A DNA stretch of 64,000 nucleotides from a virus (taxonomy: Duplodnaviria > Caudoviricetes), in IMG/VR virus record IMGVR_UViG_3300043313_000605, positions 129 to 64,128 of that record. One strand, 5' to 3'. This document shows, piece after piece, positions 57,535-64,000 of the stretch (the stretch's first letter is position 1; each line of letters starts with the position of its first letter). Made by a program: the position numbers and the translations under genes. The notes under the pieces were generated by a model. That model had not been told where the DNA came from. It did no database searches and worked only from the letters and a program-made list of their open reading frames with translations.

Positions 57535-58861
57535 CGTAGGTGTTGGCGGAAGCGTACATGATGTCGTGCGCGCCCCAGACCAATGCATCGAGCCGGTCAG
57601 GCGAGCCGGGACCAAGATATTCATCGCGCGTGATCAGCGTCATCTGCGATTCGAGATCGGGAAAGTACCCAACATGGTGCATGCGGCCCTGCTCGTACAG
57701 GCCGGCGATCGGCTCGGCGCGATTCCCTTTGCTCTTGGTGGCCGTGACAGGGCGGAAGCGCACATCCGGATCGACGGCGTGAATGTTCACCTTCACTAGA
57801 TCGCCGCCGTTGTTCACTTCTCCGATCACGCGCGTCGCGCGCCAGTGGTGGTATTGCCGTACCGCCTCGCGCGCCCACGCGGTGGCAGTATGCTCGCCGG
57901 AGGCGTCCTTGAACAGATACCCGTCGCCATTCGCGCCGCGCCCCAAGACCATGATCCCGGTCTCATTCGAGTGCTCGGACGACGACACCGCTGGATCGAT
58001 CGCGATCGTGTAGCGCACGATGTCCGGCACGGCGTCCGGCCGGATGCGCGTGGCGTTGATCAAGTCCTGCGACCAGAGCGCTCCCGGCACGTCGCGCAGA
58101 ATCTGTGCGTGCAACTCCTGCTGGCCGAGCCGCGTGCCCTCGTACTTGTGGATGACGCGCTGGATGTACTTCGGCGCGAGATTCGAGATGTTCTCGTAGC
58201 TGGAGCCCGTCGTGACGACGTTCATCGGGTCGTCGTACAGGCCGATCACGATCGGAATCGGGCGCGGGGTCGTCGTGACGATCACCTGCGGTTCTTCCCC
58301 GAGCCGCAGCCCCAACTCCAGATTGTCCCACGTCTCGTCCGGGTACGTGTACTTCGCTAACTCATCCACCCACGCGTAGTGGAAGTTCGGGCCGCGCAAC
58401 TGTCCCGGCTCGTCGCCCGAGTACGTCTGCGCCATCGAGCCATCGGGCCACACCAGCTTCCGCCGCGTCGGGTAGTACGTCGGCATGAAGTCCGGCGTGG
58501 AATTCGCCAGAATGCCTGACGGTCCCTCGACCATGACGTCGCGTACATCGGCGGCGGTCTCCGCGACCAGCGCGATGCGAATCGGCACACCACGGTCGCG
58601 CGCCTGCTTGACCTTTTTGATGACCCAGTTCGCGCCCGTGTGTGTCTTGCCCCAGCCACGACCGGCAAGACAGAGCCAACAGAAATACGGCTCTGTTGGC
58701 TCTTGCTGGGTCGGTCGCCCCCAGAATCCCCAGTCGTATTGCAGGTCTTCCACCTGCTTCGGACTGAGACGCCCAATGATCTCGCGGCGCTCTGCCTCCC
58801 CGAGCGCCGCGACTTTCTCGGCTGTCGATCGTACGTCGTCCGGCCGCGCGAGAACGGGCAT
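57503..58861 (-). CDS. terL: terminase large subunit
   Basis: AGRGWGKT (Walker A), WVDELA (Walker B), VTTTPRP, IAIDPA, SPDRLDA nuclease motifs. Confidence 0.95.
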   Translation of the reverse strand: MPVLARPDDVRSTAEKVAALGEAERREIIGRLSPKQVEDLQYDWGFWGRPTQQEPTEPYFCWLCLAGRGWGKTHTGANWVIKKVKQARDRGVPIRIALVAETAADVRDVMVEGPSGILANSTPDFMPTYYPTRRKLVWPDGSMAQTYSGDEPGQLRGPNFHYAWVDELAKYTYPDETWDNLELGLRLGEEPQVIVTTTPRPIPIVIGLYDDPMNVVTTGSSYENISNLAPKYIQRVIHKYEGTRLGQQELHAQILRDVPGALWSQDLINATRIRPDAVPDIVRYTIAIDPAVSSSEHSNETGIMVLGRGANGDGYLFKDASGEHTATAWAREAVRQYHHWRATRVIGEVNNGGDLVKVNIHAVDPDVRFRPVTATKSKGNRAEPIAGLYEQGRMHHVGYFPDLESQMTLITRDEYLGPGSPDRLDALVWGAHDIMYASANTYDASEYIIYRK

Positions 58862-59259
58862 CAGTCGTTATAACTCTGCCACGACGGCTTGGCGTGCTTC
58901 GCGTGTTCGTACTCGTTGACGCGCGTATTCTCGGCGAGACTGTGAGGCGTGCGCTGTTCGATGGACTCGATGCGATCGGTGCGGACACTGATCTTCGCTC
59001 CAAAGACGTCCGTGAATGGAATCGTCTTCAAGATGCCGCTGGCAAACCACCCCTCGATCAACTGCCAGTGATCGAGCGGCGCGTAGTGACAGTCGCCTCC
59101 GATCGTGTTGATCAGCACATAGCCATCGTCGTACGTCCACTGCCCCTGTGCGTCCGCCATTGGTTGCTCTCGAAAAAGGATTTTCCCGCACGTTCCGCAG
59201 TACCCAAACTGGTTGTGCCAGCGGACCTCGATCGCGGGATGCTCGCAGTGTTCACGCAT
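58861..59259 (-). CDS. hypothetical protein
   Basis: CEH...CGTCG; TGATG-coupled to terL. Confidence 0.6.
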   Translation of the reverse strand: MREHCEHPAIEVRWHNQFGYCGTCGKILFREQPMADAQGQWTYDDGYVLINTIGGDCHYAPLDHWQLIEGWFASGILKTIPFTDVFGAKISVRTDRIESIEQRTPHSLAENTRVNEYEHAKHAKPSWQSYND

Positions 59260-59962
59260 CGTCGGTGCGGGCTGGCGCCGCGATCTCGCGGACAGGTCCC
59301 TCGGCCGGCGCCTGCCCTGCCGCCAACTGTTGTCGCGCCTCGTTCGCCAACTCCTGCCGGCGCGCAATCGTCGCCAGTCCCTCCATCACGATGCGCGCTG
59401 GGTCCGTGACGTCTTCCGTCTGAATCGGCTTGCCGTCCTTCCCGGTGACCTCGGTCTTCGCTTTCGTGGACTGCCCGAGCAGGTTCTGGCCTAAGAACAT
59501 CAGCATCTGCTTGTCGCCGGCCATCGCCACCTGCAACTGTTTTCGTCTGAGTCCGATCAGCCCGAGTGGTTTGATCAGGTCCGCGTACTCCATGAACGTC
59601 ATGTCATGGACGGCGCGCACCCGATCCCGAATGAACTGCTCGGACCGCCCGAAGAATGCCGCAATCTCGGTCAGGGTGCACTGGAGCCGCAACAGCTTGT
59701 CAAAGGTCTCCCACCCACGCTCATCCTCTGGCAACAGGTCGTGCGCCAGCGGCCTGCCGGGACGGCCGGCCTTCCTCGGAATGGTGGGTAGCTGGGCCGT
59801 GTCGTCGTCGTCCCCCTCGGTCACGGCCGTCAGATAGCTCTTGGCGCGCTCGATTGCACGCTGCTCCTGCTCTGCCTTTTCGGCAGCCCGCGTGACTGCC
59901 ATTCCGGCAGGGTTAGCCTGAGCGGGCTCGGCAGTATCGTTTCCTGCTGGATTGTCTGGCAT
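59252..59962 (-). CDS. terS: terminase small subunit
   Basis: GRP...LQCTLTEIAAFFG, LRRKQLQVAMAGDKQMLMFLGQNLLGQ, EVTGKDGKPI. Confidence 0.8.
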   Translation of the reverse strand: MPDNPAGNDTAEPAQANPAGMAVTRAAEKAEQEQRAIERAKSYLTAVTEGDDDDTAQLPTIPRKAGRPGRPLAHDLLPEDERGWETFDKLLRLQCTLTEIAAFFGRSEQFIRDRVRAVHDMTFMEYADLIKPLGLIGLRRKQLQVAMAGDKQMLMFLGQNLLGQSTKAKTEVTGKDGKPIQTEDVTDPARIVMEGLATIARRQELANEARQQLAAGQAPAEGPVREIAAPARTDDA

Positions 59963-60139
59963 ATTGGCAGGGTACTGCCAGTTTGGCGGGCCGGCAAGAC
60001 TGCCTCAAGAAAACCGTGTATGGCAGCGGTCGCTTCCAAAATCATTGGTGGCTCGCGAGAGAGGCCCATACCCCAAAAAAAAATGGGGGTGGGGTACCCG
60101 ATAGGCCGGTACCCCACCCGAGTGAATCGCACACACACG

Positions 60140-60385
60140 CTATCGGCGATCGGTGCCCGATGCTTCCTCCATCCACCCTACGAGCACGAGCCACACGAGC
60201 ACACAGGCGAGCATGAATGCGCCGCCAGTGAATAGCAGTGCAGCGCCGAGCCAACGTATCGGCGCACAGAGCAACCAGCACAGTGCGCGCGCTGTGCGGT
60301 GTGTGCTGGACAACGCGCGAGACGAGAGGGAACGCACCACAGCCAACCACTGCGCGACCCATGCGCCAACCTGACGCATGCTCAC
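60140..60385 (-). CDS. small membrane protein
   Basis: GTGA overlap with the upstream gene; hydrophobic C-terminal half. Confidence 0.45.
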   Translation of the reverse strand: MSMRQVGAWVAQWLAVVRSLSSRALSSTHRTARALCWLLCAPIRWLGAALLFTGGAFMLACVLVWLVLVGWMEEASGTDRR

Positions 60386-60642
60386 GCAACCGCGCGGGTG
60401 ACAGTGAACGTCAGTGCATCCCGCTGAGATACCACAAGCGCATGAGTGCTTTCCTTACTGTGAGTCTCGACCACACGCCGCAACTGGGCGGCTGTGTCGC
60501 TGTCGTCTGTCTCGACCACGATAGCACTGCGCGACCAGTACACACGAGCACCACGAGCGCGCAGGATACGACCGATGTAAGCCAGCAATCCGGTATTTTC
60601 GATTGTCAACGGCCGAACCGGCTGTAGCAAATCAGTGAACAT
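60382..60642 (-). CDS. hypothetical protein
   Basis: TTTCACTGGGGG leader, ATG at 60642. Confidence 0.6.
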   Translation of the reverse strand: MFTDLLQPVRPLTIENTGLLAYIGRILRARGARVYWSRSAIVVETDDSDTAAQLRRVVETHSKESTHALVVSQRDALTFTVTRAVA

Positions 60643-60744
60643 CGTTGCCCCCAGTGAAAACGTGTCAGATACCAACCCTATAGATGTGACTAGGGTGGAC
60701 TCTCTTTAAGAGAGTAGGGAAAGAAAGGAATTACTTACTCGGTA

Positions 60745-60981
60745 CTATCGGCGAGCATGCCGAACGCCAGAAAGATCATAGCGACCATGCATACGACCAC
60801 GAACGCCAGACGACACCAGAGCACGAATGACATAACGGCACCCTCCCAGCACATGTGAACGCACCACGACATACACCACGAGACCAGAGAGCACGAGCAC
60901 CAGCGAGCACGAGCCGACGAACGCAGCAACCACGGTTCCACACACGGAATGCACCAGCGCGCGGTTTGACACAGTGAACAA
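60745..60981 (-). CDS. small membrane protein (start uncertain)
   Basis: Follows a repeat element; hydrophobic. Confidence 0.45.
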   Translation of the reverse strand: MFTVSNRALVHSVCGTVVAAFVGSCSLVLVLSGLVVYVVVRSHVLGGCRYVIRALVSSGVRGRMHGRYDLSGVRHARR

Positions 60982-61034
60982 GCCTCAGTGAACGTGAGAT
61001 CGAGCGCCAGCCGATGTGCTGGCGCTCTATCCGT

Positions 61035-61289
61035 CTATGCGTGTGCGATGTGCTCGGCGATGTGCGCTGGCGCGCCCGACACAGGTCCGTCATACAGCAC
61101 CCGATGCACTCCGGCACCGTGGTGCGGTCTCAGGGAAACCGTTGCCATGTCCACCCCGTCACGGTCCCAGAGTCGCACCACAACGGCACCCTCCCAACTT
61201 GCCGCCATCGTCCGCAGTCCGCTTGCTTTCGTGCCGAGCCGCGTCACTTCGCCACGGCTCCCCCGCAATTCCCCGTAGAAATGCGCCAT
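61035..61289 (-). CDS. small phage protein
   Basis: MAHFYGELRGSRGEVTRLGTKASG; GAGGG RBS. Confidence 0.75.
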   Translation of the reverse strand: MAHFYGELRGSRGEVTRLGTKASGLRTMAASWEGAVVVRLWDRDGVDMATVSLRPHHGAGVHRVLYDGPVSGAPAHIAEHIAHA

Positions 61290-61366
61290 AGAGCAAACCC
61301 TCGATGATGCGCGCCGAATCGCTCTAGGACGATCCTAGAGCGAATGGCGCACGGTTTAGAACACCC

Positions 61367-61588
61367 TCACGAGCCGCGCACCCGATCGAGCGCGGCGCGC
61401 TCTAACTCGACGTCATCCTCCCGTTCCTGCTCGGCCGCGTCACCGAGTCCAGTCGCGCCAACGATGGCGACCGCATAGACCAGCACCGCCGCAATCCGGA
61501 ACCCGTTGAACACGAGCACCGAACCAACTGCAAACCCAACCAACGCCAGAAAGGCAAACGCGTTCGTGCCATGCCGTGACAGTGCCAT
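61367..61588 (-). CDS. small two-TM membrane protein
   Basis: Start follows a repeat element; two TMs and an acidic tail. Confidence 0.7.
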   Translation of the reverse strand: MALSRHGTNAFAFLALVGFAVGSVLVFNGFRIAAVLVYAVAIVGATGLGDAAEQEREDDVELERAALDRVRGS

Positions 61589-61652
61589 TGACCGTTTCCT
61601 CAGTGAACGTGAAACCAGCGCGCCAGCCGATGTGCTGGCGCGCTGTCGTGCG

Positions 61653-61955
61653 TCAGTCCGCGTCCGCCATTTCCGTAGCGCGCTGCTCGTAATCGGCAAC
61701 CGTGGCGCGTTCGTGCTCGGCGTTCAATTCCGCAGCCGCATCGTCCGCAGCCGTGGACACGTTCTCGACCAGCGCATAGCACCACGCGGCAACGATTCCG
61801 CCGATTTCATAGTGTCCGGCCAGCACCAGTAACACAGTGATACCGGCGGCGGTCACGTAATGGTGCGGATGCGACACGAGCACCCGAATGTGGCGCCGTC
61901 GCACGGCTCTAGCCCACACCGCAAGTGCGTACGGCGCTCGGATCAGTTTCGCCAT
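61653..61955 (-). CDS. small membrane protein
   Basis: GGAGGAA RBS; TM region and acidic tail. Confidence 0.7.
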   Translation of the reverse strand: MAKLIRAPYALAVWARAVRRRHIRVLVSHPHHYVTAAGITVLLVLAGHYEIGGIVAAWCYALVENVSTAADDAAAELNAEHERATVADYEQRATEMADAD

Positions 61956-62019
61956 ATTCCTCCTGCGTTACCTGTGAATGGAGAAACGCGCCAGCCGATG
62001 TGCTGGCGCGCTGCACTGC

Positions 62020-62376
62020 TTACGACAGTTTCCACACGCCGGGCGACACCCGCACCACGAGCCGCGCGCGCTGCAACGCCAGCAACGCACCGTGGACAAT
62101 GGACTCAGTGTCCACCTGTCCGCCCACCTGTGCGGCGATGTGGTCGGCGATGGTATCCTCGTGCGACTGGCCGTTGCGCGTCAGGTACGTCATAACGCGT
62201 TTCTGGTTCGGATCGGTGACGCGTATTTTCGCTGCACCCGTTGTGCGGGTGGCAGTCTTCCGGACCGTGCGACGGCGCGCCGTGCGCCCGTCATCGTCAC
62301 TGCGCACAGGGCGCGTAAACCGCGCCTGTTGCACATGGTCCAAAATGTCACCATCAAAAGCGAGATCATCAAACAT
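62020..62376 (-). CDS. protein with C-terminal winged-helix-like domain
   Basis: QKRVMTYL...VHGALLALQRARLVVRVSPGVWKL. Confidence 0.7.
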   Translation of the reverse strand: MFDDLAFDGDILDHVQQARFTRPVRSDDDGRTARRRTVRKTATRTTGAAKIRVTDPNQKRVMTYLTRNGQSHEDTIADHIAAQVGGQVDTESIVHGALLALQRARLVVRVSPGVWKLS

Positions 62377-62442
62377 GGCGCGTGTTCCTCAGTGAACGTG
62401 AGATCGAGCGCCAGCACATCGGCTGGCGCTCACAGTGAACGA

Positions 62443-62922
62443 CTACCGCGCTGGCGCGCGGTTGCTCGGATGGTTGCCGCCGTAGCGCTCTTGCTCGGCG
62501 CGATACTGCCACCATCCCTCCGGAGCACGCCAGACCGCCGTCAGTTCGGCCGCGCCACCGTGAAAACCGATGGTTGCGGTGACGCCCGAGCATCGGCCGG
62601 GGAGCATGGCGGCAATGTCACGCACGGCGCGAATGGCGATTTGTTCGCACGACGGGAAATGTCCAACCGTCGTAAACTGCTCGGTGAAGTACCGGCGAAC
62701 GTCTTGCCAGTCGATCAAAAAGCCTTGGTCATCCAACGATGCGGGGGCGCCAGTCACGGTGACAGTGTAGTCCAGTTGTCGCGTGACTCCTTTGGGTCCG
62801 CATCGGTCGTGTGCGTCGTGCTCGTGCTCGACGTGAAAACTACCTTTCGTTGTCATCGTGACTGCCTGTGCGTCAGCAACCGGCATCGTTGCCAGCACTG
62901 GCGCGGTATTCGGAATGTGCAT
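62443..62922 (-). CDS. degenerate QueD/PTPS-like (T-fold) protein
   Basis: KGSFHVEH...RC...YTVTVTG...LDDQGFLIDW...PSCEQIA aligns by eye with QueD, but the HGH motif is missing. Confidence 0.6.
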   Translation of the reverse strand: MHIPNTAPVLATMPVADAQAVTMTTKGSFHVEHEHDAHDRCGPKGVTRQLDYTVTVTGAPASLDDQGFLIDWQDVRRYFTEQFTTVGHFPSCEQIAIRAVRDIAAMLPGRCSGVTATIGFHGGAAELTAVWRAPEGWWQYRAEQERYGGNHPSNRAPAR

Positions 62923-62989
62923 TCCGATTTCCCTCAGTGAACGTGAACAGCAAGCGCGCCAGCCGATGTGCTGGCGCGCTGTGTCGTGC

Positions 62990-63163
62990 TCAATCGTGAA
63001 TCAGTCCAGCGCGCAACATCTCAGCGGCGAGCCGCCCGTAACTGCCTTGCAAGTGCCACACGGCGCCCGAGTCCATGAGCGCTTGCATAGCCTCTACTTT
63101 TTCATCGTCTGACGTTGGCCCGTCGATTTCCTCGACGATGGCGACCGCTTCAAAGTCCGTCAT
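62990..63163 (-). CDS. small phage protein, 57 aa
   Basis: Manual translation ...MQALMDSGAVWHLQGSYGRLAAEML..., a recurrent small phage protein pattern. Confidence 0.7.
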   Translation of the reverse strand: MTDFEAVAIVEEIDGPTSDDEKVEAMQALMDSGAVWHLQGSYGRLAAEMLRAGLIHD

Positions 63164-63318
63164 ACGAGAGACCGCGCCAGTCGCCAGTTGTCACGAGCCG
63201 CCCACACGTTGACGAGCATTTCGCCACGGTTGCCGGTCTCGCGATAGTATCGAGCGGCCGCAAGCTGGACACGCGCCCGAGCGCGCAGGTTCGCAGCATT
63301 CCTTTCCTGTTCCGCCAT
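63160..63318 (-). CDS. small protein, 52 aa
   Basis: Manual translation MAEQERNAANLRARARVQLAAARYYRETG...; ATGA-coupled to the next gene; follows a repeat element. Confidence 0.6.
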   Translation of the reverse strand: MAEQERNAANLRARARVQLAAARYYRETGNRGEMLVNVWAARDNWRLARSLV

Positions 63319-63384
63319 TTGGCATTTCCTCAGTGAACGTGAGATCGAGCGCCAGCCGATGTGCTGGCGCTCTGTGGTGCGCTG

Positions 63385-63642
63385 CTACTTGTCCGACGAC
63401 GGCGGGAGCCACGTAGACGCGGGAGCCGACATTGCCGCGTCCAGCGCGGCGCCGTGAATCGCTCCGTAGGTGTTCCGTGCGATCTCGTCCACCCGACGTT
63501 GAATCGCTTCCTGATTGGCGACGATGGTTGCCTGATTCATGAGCGACTGACGCACGAGCGACGCGATTTCTTTCTGTGCGTCGCGAATGGCGTGCTGATT
63601 CCCGATGATGGTTGCCTGATTGGCAATGAGTGCAGTGAACAT
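63385..63642 (-). CDS. small coiled-coil protein
   Basis: NQATII/NQATIV internal repeat; follows a repeat element. Confidence 0.7.
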   Translation of the reverse strand: MFTALIANQATIIGNQHAIRDAQKEIASLVRQSLMNQATIVANQEAIQRRVDEIARNTYGAIHGAALDAAMSAPASTWLPPSSDK

Positions 63643-63710
63643 GTTGTGTGTACCTCAGTGAACGTGAGACAAGAGCGCCAGCCGAATTGCTGGCGCTCTG
63701 TGGTGCGTGG

Positions 63711-63968
63711 TCAGTAACCGGGAGCGAATGCTTTATCGACGGCTCGTGTCACGTCGTCTGGCCCGATGCGTTCGACAATGCGCCGTGCATCATCTTCCGC
63801 ATTTTCTCGTGCCGTTTTAAGCACGCTTGCCCATGTGCGTTTGCTGGCGTTCGTGCGGACGTTGCCGAACGTCCGCACCCAATGCACGAACGTGTCCGGC
63901 GTCATTGGCTTGCCTTTGTCGGTAGGCATGGCGCCGAGTAACACGAGCCGCGCCAGTAGCTGTGTCAC
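63711..63968 (-). CDS. hypothetical protein
   Basis: Stop lies 11 nt before a repeat element. Confidence 0.6.
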   Translation of the reverse strand: MTQLLARLVLLGAMPTDKGKPMTPDTFVHWVRTFGNVRTNASKRTWASVLKTARENAEDDARRIVERIGPDDVTRAVDKAFAPGY

Positions 63969-64000
63969 GTCCGCATCGTTGGTGATACGGGGAACGCCAG

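Larger units (their letters stand above)
60983..63699. repeat. seven dispersed intergenic elements: GCGCCAGC-N6-GCTGGCGC hairpin, six of them with CCTCAGTGAACGTGA
   Basis: Copies at 60983-61027, 61598-61645, 61987-62010 (hairpin only), 62387-62431, 62932-62980, 63328-63372, 63653-63699. Confidence 0.95.

Noticed and set aside
63191-63412. Track ORF (...MPNGGTGKECCEP...)
   Set aside because: The alternative frame 63160..63318 has better composition and ATGA coupling to the next gene
60983-63699. CRISPR array or integron attC array interpretation of the repeats
   Set aside because: The spacers are whole genes of 280-570 bp, no cas or integron integrase gene is seen, and the element lacks RYYYAAC/GTTRRRY ends and extrahelical bases
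1-64000. Alternative genetic code or stop-codon reassignment
   Set aside because: Core genes (terL, portal, capsid, tape measure, helicases) are full-length in the standard code and end in TAA, TAG and TGA

Overview
This window is about 64 kb of a GC-rich tailed dsDNA phage (Caudoviricetes). It is siphovirus-like: there is a 1537-aa tape measure and no sheath gene. Nearly all genes are on the minus strand. In transcription order (right to left) it holds: (i) 60-64 kb, an array of small genes separated by a repeated hairpin plus start-associated element; (ii) terminase, a papain-like protease, portal, head, neck and tail genes; (iii) a lysis cassette and a second fibre-like module; (iv) a divergent control region with the single plus-strand gene (27.3-27.9 kb); (v) an early/replication arm with a ParB-like protein, a GGCT/GATase/amidoligase trio, an SNF2 helicase, a DnaG-type primase fused to an MCM-like helicase, a YqaJ exonuclease, a secreted Ig/beta-helix protein and many small Cys-rich ORFs. 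I recognised no integrase, DNA polymerase, tRNA or CRISPR array. The host is uncertain; Gemmatimonadota is a guess from the secreted protein. The strongest unexplained signals are three. First, a palindrome CAAC[C/G]GTTG (best form CACAAC[C/G]GTTGTG) occurs at least 30 times, mostly inside genes, in a phage that encodes a ParB/KorB-like protein. Second, the cassette-like gene array has a covarying hairpin, and one copy has an inverted loop. Third, an apparently real membrane-protein gene is overprinted inside the primase-helicase. All functional calls come from motif recognition by eye, with no database searches.
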